From: Staphylococcus phage MVC_VPHSA1
Length of the DNA: 51,392 nucleotides
Sequence record: OR670591.1
Direction: 5' to 3' (one strand)
A model generated the notes under the pieces. The model had not been told where the DNA came from. It searched no databases and saw only the letters and a program-made list of their open reading frames with translations. The translations under genes and the position numbers were made by a program. This document shows positions 1 through 9,412 of the stretch, piece by piece. The number at the start of each line of letters is the position of its first letter. Positions within the stretch are counted from its first letter, which is position 1.

Positions 1-24
1 TCCCTCCGATAGATGAAACCAGCA

Positions 25-888
25 CCTCCTTTCCCTCGATGCGGTCAACCTCTAGCAAGTACGATACAGAACTTTAAAAGGGAGGAAATCCGTATGAATA
101 ACCATGAGAAGGCGCTAATTGGACGACTCAAAAGAACGCCCTTGAGGTAGCCGAGGAGATTAACAACATGCAGTATGACAAGTCTAGGAAAAGCAAGGCT
201 GAGCTAGTGAGGAAGCACCTTGGAGAAGCCACTATTATATGCGGTGCTATCAAGAAAGACACTGGTAAGATATGCACAGCTGCCCCTGTGGAGGGTTCTA
301 AGAGGTGTGCTATACATGGAGGCTACTCTACAGGTCCAGCTACAGAGGAGGGCAAACAGAGAGCCCTAGCTAACCTATCTCCACAGGCTAATATGATACA
401 CGGTATATATTCACGCTTTGTATTTACTACTGAGGAGAGTGACTTCTATGCATATATGATGAGTGCATATGAGGAAGCATACGACCTAGACTTAGCTAAC
501 CTGATGCTGCTAGACAGAGCACTAAGAAACTTCATACTCAACCAACGTAAAGAGATAGCACTGGCTGGTGAGCAGGTAGATGAGAGCAATAGCTACAACG
601 ATTATGATACTAAGTTCCTACGTTACATGCAAGCTCTTGGCTTTGACCGTAAGTTTAACATGAGTAAGGAGAACAAGAACAACAAGGGAGACAATACTGT
701 TGTGTTAAACCAATTGTTTGACTTTGGAGACGATAACTAACAACTTCCGATAACCTTAATTATGTAAACTAAGGAATCGCTTAACCATGCGGTTTTGTTT
801 GCTTATTCGCTTTTTATGCAAAGTTGACTGTATGGTTATGCAACTTCCTTGAATAATTATGAGACCCACCCACCCTCTCAAGCACGCA
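25..888. repeat. left copy of long direct terminal repeat (matches 50531..51392; >=862 bp)
   Basis: Near-identical sequence at both window ends (offset 50504). The copies differ by one G in a G-run (83-85 vs right copy) and a 2-nt indel at the boundary. The first ~24 nt of the window are not repeated. Confidence 0.85.
168..740 (+). CDS. putative terminase small subunit / DNA-binding protein (diploid, inside terminal repeat)
   Basis: 190-aa ORF immediately upstream of HNH+terL, with a Cys-rich N-terminal region (CGAIKK..C..C). RBS GAGGAG 9 nt upstream. An upstream ATG at 94 has a strong GGGAGG RBS; its 18-codon ORF would fuse to this frame if one A is added in the A-run 130-134. Confidence 0.4.
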   Translation: MQYDKSRKSKAELVRKHLGEATIICGAIKKDTGKICTAAPVEGSKRCAIHGGYSTGPATEEGKQRALANLSPQANMIHGIYSRFVFTTEESDFYAYMMSAYEEAYDLDLANLMLLDRALRNFILNQRKEIALAGEQVDESNSYNDYDTKFLRYMQALGFDRKFNMSKENKNNKGDNTVVLNQLFDFGDDN

Positions 889-978
889 TAGTGACATTTT
901 TTGACGCAATAGAACCACTTTAGAAAATTTGTATGAAAAGTTTTTACCTATAAGCAAATTTGTAGAGGAGGAACAAAC

Positions 979-1356
979 ATGAATAAAACTACCGAGGCTA
1001 TTCTGTGGGCTGTACAAAAAGGCTACACTGTGAGTCAAAACGGTGAAGTATTTAACCCTAAAGGTAAGCTTGTGCATGGTCGTACTCGTAAACTTGGAGG
1101 CAAAAACAAGAAAGATTATAAATTCATTTCTGTAACCAACCCAGAAAATGGCTATGAAGCTCGCAGCATTCCAGTACACCGCTTAGTTGGCTACCTCAAA
1201 TATGGTGACCAAGTATTCCAAGCTGAGTGTGTTCGTCACTTGAATGATAACTCTTTAGATAATAGTTTTAATAATATTGAGATTGGCAGCTTGATAGACA
1301 ACCACAGAGACGCTGTACGAAATGGAATAGTTCAAGGAGGTGCGCTATGGAGTTAA
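979..1356 (+). CDS. HNH homing endonuclease (HNH_3 family) between terS-like gene and terL
   Basis: Motif HRLVGY...VRHLNDNSLDNSFNNIEIGSLIDN. RBS GAGGAGG. The 3' end overlaps the terL start (ATGGAGTTAA). Confidence 0.8.
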   Translation: MNKTTEAILWAVQKGYTVSQNGEVFNPKGKLVHGRTRKLGGKNKKDYKFISVTNPENGYEARSIPVHRLVGYLKYGDQVFQAECVRHLNDNSLDNSFNNIEIGSLIDNHRDAVRNGIVQGGALWS

Positions 1357-3030
1357 CAGCTGAACAACTCAAGCACATGAGAAACGTAATGCGTGACCCA
1401 GTAGGATTCACTGAAACGACTGGCACTGTTAAGGAAAACCCTTTCGCTTTGACCACAGAGGTCACTTGCATGATGTCTACAGAGACCAGCACCCTCGTAT
1501 TGTCATAGTAGCTGGACGACAAGTAGAGAAATCTGAGACAGTTGACCGCCTCGCTAAGTTCGCTGGTTTTCAGAGAGCTCATACAACGATTACCTACACA
1601 GCTCCACGACAAGAACAGACAACGAGGTTTGTAAACGATAGATTCCGTAAATCAATTGCAGAGTCCAAACAGGGAATACTTGAAGGAATGGTTGACCCCA
1701 AAAGGGATGCCAAGACAGCTATCGCTCTCAAAAACTCAACAGTATACTATTTTGGTTCAGCGTGGGCTGACGGGGATGCTCTACGTGGTATCTCTGGGGA
1801 TATTGTATTTTTTGATGAGGTGCAAGATATTACACAAACAGCTATTGAGTCAATTGAAAAGTCCGTCTCGCATAGTGAAATTACTGACCCAGTAACGGAG
1901 CTAAATGGTCGATGTTTCTTTACTGGCACGCCAAAACAAAAAGGTTCTTACTACGATAGAGTACTTTGGGGACAGTCTGACCAGAAGAAATGGTCAGTAT
2001 GCTGTGAGAAATGCGGTCATGACCAATTTATGAGCATGAACAACATCAAGGTACTTAACGAGGGAGAAGAAGATGAGCGTCGCTATTTTGGTTGCGTGGT
2101 CTGTGAGGAAGAACTAAACAGAGAAAACGGTCAGTGGGTTCGTACAAGACCTATGAACAAAATGTATAGTGGCTACCTATTCAACCAGCTCAACATGACA
2201 TGGATTAGTGCAAACCAAATCTGGCGTGACTACCAGACAATGGACGCTATGACTTTCGCCAACGAGGTACTGGGAGAGTTCTATAGCGGTGACGAGCAGC
2301 CAATTACTCTTGAGGACGTTCTAGCTTGTACTGACAAGAAGCAGTCTCTCAAGAAATACTCTGACACGCCAACAGCTATGGGGATTGACTACGGTAGTGG
2401 CGGTAAGTCTAAAACGATTATCTGCATAGGACACTATGAGGGAAGCAAACTCGCTATTGACCATATAGAAAGCTGGTTGCCAGACCCAGAGAGCGACAAA
2501 TCAACTCATGACCAGCTCATCGAGCATATTTGCTACCTACATGGTCGCTTCAATGTTCAAAAATAGTAGGTGACATTGGTTACGGTTCTTACGAGTCGCA
2601 AAAGCTCTATGGTATCTATGGAAGGGACGCTATAAGTTGCAGGTACGTGACGTACTCAGCTGACCCTCGTAAACGTGAATACAAAGGCTTCAACGATTCG
2701 ACTCTACAGGTTGACCGTACTTATTCAATGGATAAGCTTATTAACATGTTCCAAAAAGGTCAATTGATTATCCCTTACAAGAAACCCGAGGACGTTGAGT
2801 ACTTCTTTGACCACTGGACAGCTATAGAAATGATTTTCACTGAGAGTACTACCTCTACAGGTGCAAAACGCTACGACCACAGAACTCCAGACGATGCTTT
2901 CCACGCTTTAAACTATGTGAGGGAGGCACTACACGAGGTTATGAACCGCTTTGAGTGGGATTACGTAGAGCGAGATATTGATAGAGTAGAGCAAGCTCTT
3001 GACTATGGGGACGACCTACCAGACTGGTAA
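1347..3030 (+). CDS. terL: terminase large subunit, reading frame interrupted twice (1347-1509 / 1466-2566 / 2530-3030)
   Basis: Walker A (VAGRQVEKSE), Walker B (IVFFDEV) and a C-terminal RNaseH-like nuclease region (MGIDYGSGG, VGDIGYGSY). Frame changes sit next to A-runs at 1435-1441 and 2559-2565. Strong RBS GGAGGT before the ATG at 1347. Confidence 0.85.
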
Positions 3031-3099
3031 ACAGTCCCTCCATAAGTTTAATAGAGGCTGGATTCCCTAGAGGAGCAGAAAGCCAAAGGAGGAAAAACT

Positions 3100-4440
3100 A
3101 TGGGATTATATAACGATTTTAAACACTTATTACCTTGGAATGTATACGCTGAGCAGAAACTAGCGCAAGACCTAGCCAAGTTAGCTATAGAGGTCGGTAT
3201 CTACAAAGATACATCTAATGAGAGACCAGACCAACTGGATTACAACCCAAGTGACTTTGACCTTGACGTTTACGACAAAATGATGACTGACGGACAAGTA
3301 AAAGCTGCATTAGACATGATTAAACTTTCAAGTACAGCGAGAGGGTTCACTGTAACAGGTAACTCGGAGGAATCGAGGAAGTATGCGGACTTTGTACTAC
3401 AAAACTTTGAGTCTATTCGTGGTAACATGGAGGATGTCATTGCAGAAATGCTTTCCGCTCTTGAGTATGGTTATAGCGTAACAGAAAAAGTCTTTGAGTA
3501 CAACCCCAAAGGACAAATTGTTTTGAAAAAGTTGAAAGTACTTGACCCTCATAGTCTGAAACTGAAAATAAACAAGTTTGGTGACCTTGAGTATGTACAA
3601 CAAAATATTGGCTCTAAAGAAATACGTCTTCAAGCTAACAAGGTTATTCTCTACACGTATGATAAGCGCTTTGGCAACCTATACGGTAACTCAGCTCTGA
3701 GAACGACTTACAAGCACTGGCTCATTAAAGACAAATTATACCGCTTTGCTAACATTGCTTATGAGCGTTATGGCACACCGCTGCTAGTAGGTACAACTAC
3801 AGATGCTAACGACGTTGGGAAAATGAAGCGTTTACTGAGCAAGATTAACGGTATGACTGGTCTTGCTATTAGTGGTGGCGATAAAGTGGAAGCTGTACAG
3901 ATGCAACCTGTCGATTTCATTGGCTATATCGAACACCATGACCGTAAAATTATGGAGTCAATGCTAGTACCACCTATGTTGCTTGGTCTTTCTCGTGGTC
4001 AATCTGGTAGTTATGCGCTCTCAGGTAACCAATTTGACATTTTCATGATTCGTTTGGAAGCTCTACAGCGTGACCTTAAAGCATTGCTTGAGGAGGAAGT
4101 AGTGAGACCTCTAATAGATTATAACTTCCCAAATGCTAAAGAGTACCCAAGTATTCAGTTCAAGCCACTAGCCAATGAGGATATTACTAAACTAGCTAAT
4201 GTATTCACTCAAATGATTACTGCTGGAGTAATTGCACCTAGCGAGGACTGGTTACGTGAAGAACTTGGCTTCCCAGCTATGAGTGAAGAAACTAAGCGAG
4301 AAATTGAAGCAGCTAAACAGGAGGCTCAAAAGGCTGCTCAAGCAGCTTTAGAAGCTCAGAAGGCAAACGGTAAGGAAGGCAACAAAGAAGGCAATACAGA
4401 CGAATCTGGAGGCTCTGAGAGTAACTCTGAGGGAAAATAA
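3100..4440 (+). CDS. portal protein (SPP1 gp6-like position and size), acidic/Lys-rich C-terminus
   Basis: 446-aa ORF directly after terL and before the Mu-F-like gene. RBS AAAGGAGG. Typical portal length and C-terminal charged tail. Confidence 0.75.
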   Translation: MGLYNDFKHLLPWNVYAEQKLAQDLAKLAIEVGIYKDTSNERPDQLDYNPSDFDLDVYDKMMTDGQVKAALDMIKLSSTARGFTVTGNSEESRKYADFVLQNFESIRGNMEDVIAEMLSALEYGYSVTEKVFEYNPKGQIVLKKLKVLDPHSLKLKINKFGDLEYVQQNIGSKEIRLQANKVILYTYDKRFGNLYGNSALRTTYKHWLIKDKLYRFANIAYERYGTPLLVGTTTDANDVGKMKRLLSKINGMTGLAISGGDKVEAVQMQPVDFIGYIEHHDRKIMESMLVPPMLLGLSRGQSGSYALSGNQFDIFMIRLEALQRDLKALLEEEVVRPLIDYNFPNAKEYPSIQFKPLANEDITKLANVFTQMITAGVIAPSEDWLREELGFPAMSEETKREIEAAKQEAQKAAQAALEAQKANGKEGNKEGNTDESGGSESNSEGK

Positions 4441-4606
4441 AAGCCTCTGACTTTGCTAGAAAAACTGTGACGTTCGGAGAGAGACAAAAAAGAGCCAACT
4501 TGAAGCTCATTGAGCGAGATATGGACGAGATAGAGTTGGCTTTTCTCTCTGACTCTCAGAGGCTAAACAAGAAACGTCACCAGCTACTTATGAAGTCTGT
4601 CAAAAG

Positions 4607-5398
4607 ATGCTCCCAGAGCTCATAAAAGCCTCACAGGAGGGCGACAGCCACACAGTAGACGTATTGGTCCAGTCTATTCGTATTCCGTCTCACAAGGAGT
4701 ACAGGAAGCTTATAACTAAATTGATTAAAACAGCAACTCATACAGGTATTTTGCGTGCTCATGAAGAACTAAAAAGACTAAACGAGCTATATAACTTCAT
4801 GGATGATGAGGTATTTGAGGACATTACGCTGATAGCTGAAACGACCAACACAGTACGCTACCCAGTTCAAGCTATTCAGTGGCTCGAAAATTACGCTCTA
4901 GATATTACAATCATTACGGAGGCGACTGTTAGGGACAGAATAGTTGGAGTGGTAACTAAGGGACTCAAGGAAGGTTTTACAATCAAGGAAATGACACAAG
5001 CTATTAGAGAAACTAGTGAAACTTGGCTCTCTCAGCAACATGCCAAGACAATAGCGAGGACGGAAACTAGTAAGATGTACAACGCTGGTAGACTAGCACG
5101 CTATACCTCACCAGAAAACCGTGGATTCGTAGAGGCTCTACAGTATAGCGCTATTATTGATAGACGAACTACGACGCTCTGCAAGCACCTTGACGGTAAG
5201 ATTGTGAACATCGAGAATCAAGTTACGATAGCCAGCTACTCGCCACCTAACCACTTCCAATGTAGGAGTGTATGGCTTCCAGTAACTCGCTTTGAAGACT
5301 GGGAGGATAACTTTGTGCCAGATGAGAAGCCTCAGAAGGGGTTTGACAGCAAGAATAACATTATGGAGTACCTACTAAGACAAGCAAGCGTAGAATAA
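4607..5398 (+). CDS. head morphogenesis protein (phage Mu F / SPP1 gp7 family)
   Basis: Motif region TIARTETSKMYNAGRLARY, in position after the portal. A possible N-terminal part lies upstream in another frame (4470-4600, ...ANLKLIERDMDEIELAF...), next to the A6 run at 4485-4490. Confidence 0.7.
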   Translation: MLPELIKASQEGDSHTVDVLVQSIRIPSHKEYRKLITKLIKTATHTGILRAHEELKRLNELYNFMDDEVFEDITLIAETTNTVRYPVQAIQWLENYALDITIITEATVRDRIVGVVTKGLKEGFTIKEMTQAIRETSETWLSQQHAKTIARTETSKMYNAGRLARYTSPENRGFVEALQYSAIIDRRTTTLCKHLDGKIVNIENQVTIASYSPPNHFQCRSVWLPVTRFEDWEDNFVPDEKPQKGFDSKNNIMEYLLRQASVE

Positions 5399-5438
5399 AA
5401 AAAAGGGGCTACCTCAACAGGTTAGCCCTTTAATTTTT
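5393..5438. terminator. bidirectional rho-independent terminator
   Basis: A-run, then hairpin GGGCTACC-tcaaca-GGTTAGCCC (5406-5428), then TTTAATTTTT. Located between the convergent + gene (ends 5398) and - gene (ends 5422). Confidence 0.7.
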
Positions 5439-5613
5439 GCTCAGTAGCAAAGTTGTCTGTTAGTTGCAGCAATTGAGAAGCAACCTCTTTAGTCTCTGGA
5501 AACTGGCTCATTGAATCCAACACGCCAAGCACTCCAGCAAATACCATTGAGGACTTACGAGCGTCTAGCTCATTAACGTTACTAAGAATTTCTTTCACTC
5601 GTGCTTTCTCCAA
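5422..5613 (-). CDS. hypothetical protein (63 aa), minus-strand island
   Basis: ORF with TTG start directly after the in-frame TAA of the upstream minus gene. GGAGG 8 nt upstream, embedded in the upstream gene. Confidence 0.45.
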   Translation of the reverse strand: MEKARVKEILSNVNELDARKSSMVFAGVLGVLDSMSQFPETKEVASQLLQLTDNFATEQKLKG

Positions 5614-6008
5614 TTAGTTCGCCTCCAAGATAAATTTTCGTAGGTCTTCCAGTAATAGCTTAGCAGTTTCAAAGTTTAGGTTAATAGCCATGTTGTCATA
5701 ACCAAAGTCAATCCAAAGGACTTCTCTGTCGTAGTGGTCCAATACTTCCTCAGCTTGGAAAGCGTCTGACTGGTCGTTTGCGTCTGGATAAACTTTGTAG
5801 CCAGAGTCATCGTCAGAAGGCTCAAAAGCTGAATGCATGTAGCCAAACACTTGGTTTTCAAACTCCTTAGCAGTTTCAACGTCGATAGCAACAACTTTGT
5901 CTAGCTCACCGTTTTCATAAGCAGCAATTGAGTAGATACCCTTTTAGGTAACGCCTCACAAATCATACTATCTCGACTATCAGTTGCACACTTTAAAGTT
6001 AAACTCAT
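5614..6008 (-). CDS. hypothetical acidic protein (~130 aa; frame change near the A4/G3 run at 5940-5947)
   Basis: The ATG at 6008-6006 has RBS GAGGGAG. The downstream part (5614..5850 in the ORF track) is rich in D/E (EPSDDDSGY...DANDQSDAFQAEE). Lies directly downstream of the minus-strand promoter at 6041-6069. Confidence 0.45.
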
Positions 6009-6040
6009 TCAAACCAGCTCCCTCATCAATTTATGTACTC

Positions 6041-6069
6041 ATCTTACCATAGTCATACCAGCAGGTCAA
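6041..6069 (-). promoter_or_regulatory. sigma-A-like promoter on minus strand (TTGACC-17-TAAGAT) with GGTATGAC element in spacer
   Basis: Reverse complement of 6041-6072 reads TTGTTGACCtgctGGTATGACtatggTAAGAT. It is nearly identical to the + strand promoter at 36828. Confidence 0.55.
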
Positions 6070-6072
6070 CAA

Positions 6073-6291
6073 CTATTTTGTAACTTTGTAGAAAATTCTT
6101 TTATGATTAACCCAGTGAGCCAGATACATAGCGTCATAGCCAGCTTGGAGAAGCTTATTAGTCGTTTTTCTGCCTCGCAATTCATAGTAAACGCAAAGAA
6201 CTAAAGAGTATAGCATCTTAGTTTTCTCTAAGAGTGTAAACCTATTAGTACTAGTTAGTATCTCAATAGCTCTTTCTTTTAGCTGAATCAA
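6073..6291 (-). CDS. hypothetical small basic protein (72 aa); candidate regulator
   Basis: The protein given in the ORF track is encoded only by the reverse complement. TTG start at 6291 with a perfect AAGGAGGT RBS 8 nt upstream on the minus strand. The track labels it + but it is minus. Confidence 0.55.
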   Translation of the reverse strand: MIQLKERAIEILTSTNRFTLLEKTKMLYSLVLCVYYELRGRKTTNKLLQAGYDAMYLAHWVNHKRIFYKVTK

Positions 6292-6310
6292 TTTAGGTAT
6301 ACCTCCTTAG

Positions 6311-6398
6311 TTAACTAATTAGTTAATAACTATATAGTTTTAAAGTATTTAAAATCTTTAATATCTATGAGGTAGAACTAATTAGTTAAGCTATTTAG
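6311..6398. promoter_or_regulatory. AT-rich control region with perfect 16-bp palindrome TTAACTAATTAGTTAA (6311-6326), second copy AACTAATTAGTTAA (6376-6389), TATGAGGTAGA (6366-6376) and TAAGCTATTTA
   Basis: Self-complementary sequence read directly. The same motifs recur at 49367-49471. Confidence 0.5.
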
Positions 6399-6524
6399 TA
6401 ACCCTCAAAAGATATATGAATTAGGTGTTTACTCTTTAGCTTTAACTGTCAGTTTCCAAAGATAAACACCCCAGTCATATATATAGTGTAAGGACAGTAC
6501 GGAATTTACTTAGGAGGTGGAAAG

Positions 6525-7433
6525 ATGCCAGAAAACAAACAAGGCTTATTCTACTTGGGTAAGTTCTCAGAGGTTGTGAACTTTGAAGAAGGCAAACCAG
6601 ACGAGCTAGGAATAGTTAAAGAGGCTGAGCTTTTCTCTACAGGTACACACCGAGGCAAAGAGTACACGACTCAAGATTTAGAAACTTTGGCTACTAACTT
6701 TTCAACTGACGAAAGAGTCCCTATTCAGCTAGACCATTCTGAGAGTGTCCGTGATACAGTCGGCTTTCTTGAAGAGGCAAAAGTTAAGGGTGACAAACTA
6801 CTTGGAAAAGTTAGAATCATTGACGAATTTGCTCAAGACCGTGTAGAAAAAGGTCTCATGGGTAAGCTGTCAGTTTCGTTTTACATTCAGTACAACGAGG
6901 AGGACGACACTATTAGACCTCATAAGCTACGTGAGGTTTCACTGGTTGCTTTTCCTCAAGTAAAGTCAGCTCAATTGTTTAGTGAGAATGGCTTTGTATC
7001 TTATATCGAAAAGGAGGCTAAACCAATGCCAGAAAACAAAAACCCAGAAGTTAAAGCGCCAACTCTAGAGCAGTTCGGTGAGTTAATGGAACAGTTCAAT
7101 GCTATGAAAGACGAAATGGATAAGTTAAAAGCTGAAAAGGTTTCTTTCAAAGAGGCTAACGTATTAGCTCAAGTTGAAAAGTTCCAAGAAGCTAAGCAAA
7201 TCGTACCAGCTCAAGCTGAGTCATTAAAGAACTTACTAGCTTCATTCTCTGAGGAGCAAGCTCAATTGTTCGAGGTATTTATGAGTAACCACCAAACGGT
7301 TGACTTATCTGAACAAGGTCAAGTAGAAGGTGGCGACCCAGAAGACAAGCGCACTCAAGAGCAAAAAGACTTTGACGCTTTCTATGAGGAGCACGCTAAA
7401 AATACGGAACGTCCCTATAATACTATAACATAA
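6525..7433 (+). CDS. scaffolding protein (coiled-coil acidic C-half; N-half may be prohead-protease-like)
   Basis: 302 aa with RBS AGGAGGTGG. The C-terminal half is Glu/Lys/Gln-rich and predicted coiled coil. Located upstream of the decoration and capsid genes. Confidence 0.55.
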   Translation: MPENKQGLFYLGKFSEVVNFEEGKPDELGIVKEAELFSTGTHRGKEYTTQDLETLATNFSTDERVPIQLDHSESVRDTVGFLEEAKVKGDKLLGKVRIIDEFAQDRVEKGLMGKLSVSFYIQYNEEDDTIRPHKLREVSLVAFPQVKSAQLFSENGFVSYIEKEAKPMPENKNPEVKAPTLEQFGELMEQFNAMKDEMDKLKAEKVSFKEANVLAQVEKFQEAKQIVPAQAESLKNLLASFSEEQAQLFEVFMSNHQTVDLSEQGQVEGGDPEDKRTQEQKDFDAFYEEHAKNTERPYNTIT

Positions 7434-7452
7434 AACAAGGAGGTTAACAAAT

Positions 7453-7875
7453 ATGGCACGTAATAAAGTGGAATACCACATTCAAGCTGGCTCTACTTTT
7501 ACTTTCAAAGTGAAAGCAGGTTCAACTTTAAAGATTGGTGACGTAGTAGAAATTTCTGGAGCTCGTGAGGTTACAACTGCTGCTGCTGGTTCTGAAAAGG
7601 TTGCTGGAGTAGTTTACTCTGGAACTGTTGGAGTTGACGGTGTAAACGTTGGCTACCAAGGTGACCGTGGCGACGTAGTAACAGTAATTATCTTACGACC
7701 ATTCGTATATATGACTGCAAGCGCAGCTATTCCAGCTGGAGCTCAATTGAAGGCTGCTGGTGCAAACAAAGTAGCTGCTATTGATACTGCAACTGACAAG
7801 TTTACTTCAAAAATTGGCTTAGCAATTACACCTGCAAGCGCAGCTAATGACGTTATTCTTGTAGCGTTAGGTTAA
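7453..7875 (+). CDS. Ala/Gly/Val-rich small structural protein (head decoration / DUF2190-like)
   Basis: 140 aa, low complexity with G/A/V-rich beta-type sequence. Positioned between the scaffold and major capsid genes. RBS AAGGAGG. Confidence 0.4.
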   Translation: MARNKVEYHIQAGSTFTFKVKAGSTLKIGDVVEISGAREVTTAAAGSEKVAGVVYSGTVGVDGVNVGYQGDRGDVVTVIILRPFVYMTASAAIPAGAQLKAAGANKVAAIDTATDKFTSKIGLAITPASAANDVILVALG

Positions 7876-7907
7876 TAAATAACTCAAAATAAGGGAGGTT
7901 TTACATT

Positions 7908-8767
7908 ATGCCAGATATTATCTTAGGTCAACACCAGATGCTTAAAAAGGAGTTCGTTGACAAGCGTATTCGTGACTTAGTAGGTCACCAGTTTGTGGCT
8001 GACCAATTGTTTACGCAAACAAACGTTGATGCTCTATCTATTAAGTACTACCAAGACGGAGAGGCTGACTCTAAAGGTCGTCAAGCTTACAATGTAGTAC
8101 CAGAAGTTGGAGAAAGCTCTAACTTTGAGCGTATTGGATTAACAGAGGTTGAGAAACAAGAGTTCATTAAAAGTACGGACTTGAGGCTGTAATCTCTGAG
8201 GAAATCCAAAAGTGGGGCAACACAGGTTACATGGAGCGTGCTTACCGCAAGTTAGCTCTTAACGTTAAGAAAATGGTTGACACTATGGCTTACGACGTAG
8301 CAACTAACAAGTATACTGGTGGCGGAGGTCGCTTAGGTATTACTTCTGCTGGTTGGACTACAGCTGACAAAATGATTGGCGAATTAGTTGACGCTAAAAC
8401 AGATGCAGCTGAGTACGGTTACAATCTTGACACTGTAGTTGTTAACCCTCGTGTTATGGCTATGTTGTTAAAGACTAAAGACATTCGTGACGCTTTCCGT
8501 CAGAATAACACTGACGTAGCTTTACTACGTGGCTACATTGGTGACTTCATGGGACTTTCTTTCATTCAAGACGAGAACTTCCAAAACAAGCACGTCTTAA
8601 TGGTTCAAAAGAAAGTTATCGGTGACATTGCTGACGCTGAGGGCTTACGCACAAAAGTATATAACGAGGAGTCAAATGACCGCACAATTGTACGTGCTAC
8701 ACGTTACACTCAAGCGTACTTGTCTGACCCTAAAGCTGTATACTTCTTAAAGAACGTTATTGCGTAA
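7908..8767 (+). CDS. major capsid protein (frame change at A4 run ~8167-8171; fragments 7908-8192 and 8231-8767)
   Basis: RBS AAGGGAGG. The combined ~285-aa product sits in the MCP position. Frame 2 is open from 8171 and continues ...KYGLEAVISEEIQKWGNTGYMERAY. Confidence 0.6.
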
Positions 8768-8826
8768 TACTGGAGTAACACTGAGGAGGGCTTTCAGCTC
8801 TCCTTTAGTTTTATGGAGGCGATACA

Positions 8827-8982
8827 ATGAAAGTTAAAACACTAGAGGAAAACGTTGGCTTGAGCGGTAGACCTGCTGGAGAAGTCATTGAAGTAGACGA
8901 GGAGACAGCAGCTCACTGGCTTTCTATTGGAGTAGCCGAGGAAGTCAAAGCACCAGCTAAAAAGCTCCTGCTAAGAAGGTAG
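8827..8982 (+). CDS. small protein with Lys/Ala-rich tail (52 aa; probably extends to 8996 after a homopolymer correction)
   Basis: RBS GGAGGCGATACAATG. A one-base change in the AAAAAG run at 8958-8963 would give the tail ...PAKKAPAKKVAAKE. Confidence 0.35.
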   Translation: MKVKTLEENVGLSGRPAGEVIEVDEETAAHWLSIGVAEEVKAPAKKLLLRR

Positions 8983-9010
8983 CAGCAAAAGAATAAAGGA
9001 GGCGAACTGG

Positions 9011-9409
9011 ATGGCTTATACAACAGCAACACTCATGAGACAGATAATGACCAACCTTGGAACTAGCATAACGGATGCTGACTTGGAAGTATTTGCTCAG
9101 AAAGCTAGTACTTATTTGGATGCTAAATTGAGTGACCTATTTGTTGTGCCATTCAGCCCAGCTCCTCAATTGGTAACTGACTTGACAACTGACATAGCTG
9201 TATGCATGTTTCACGAGGCAAGATACACAGCTCAAAAGCCAAACCTAGACGAGCGAGTAAACGATAGGTGGAATCGAATACAAGAAACTATCTCGCAAAT
9301 ACGAGCTGGTAATCTAAACATTGGAGTACCGCCAAAGCACAACGCTGAGACAGGTTACGCTACTACGAACGATAGAGACCCAGTATTTGACTTGGATACG
9401 GAGTGGTAA
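9011..9409 (+). CDS. head-tail connector / adaptor protein (gp6-like position)
   Basis: 132 aa, first gene after the capsid block. RBS AAGGAGG. Confidence 0.45.
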   Translation: MAYTTATLMRQIMTNLGTSITDADLEVFAQKASTYLDAKLSDLFVVPFSPAPQLVTDLTTDIAVCMFHEARYTAQKPNLDERVNDRWNRIQETISQIRAGNLNIGVPPKHNAETGYATTNDRDPVFDLDTEW

Positions 9410-9412
9410 CTG

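Noticed and set aside
814-1612. Minus-strand ORFs 814..1179 and 1268..1612 in the track
   Set aside because: They lie antisense to the HNH and terL coding regions and the inter-gene repeat region, have no RBS, and are out of context. They look like shadow ORFs.
3397-4510. Minus-strand ORFs 3397..3633 and 4313..4510 inside or after the portal gene
   Set aside because: They are antisense to a well-supported + strand gene and lack translation signals.
6073-6291. Track label '+' for ORF 6073..6291
   Set aside because: Forward-strand translation of this interval does not give the listed protein. The reverse complement does, starting TTG at 6291 with an AAGGAGGT RBS. It is annotated as minus strand.
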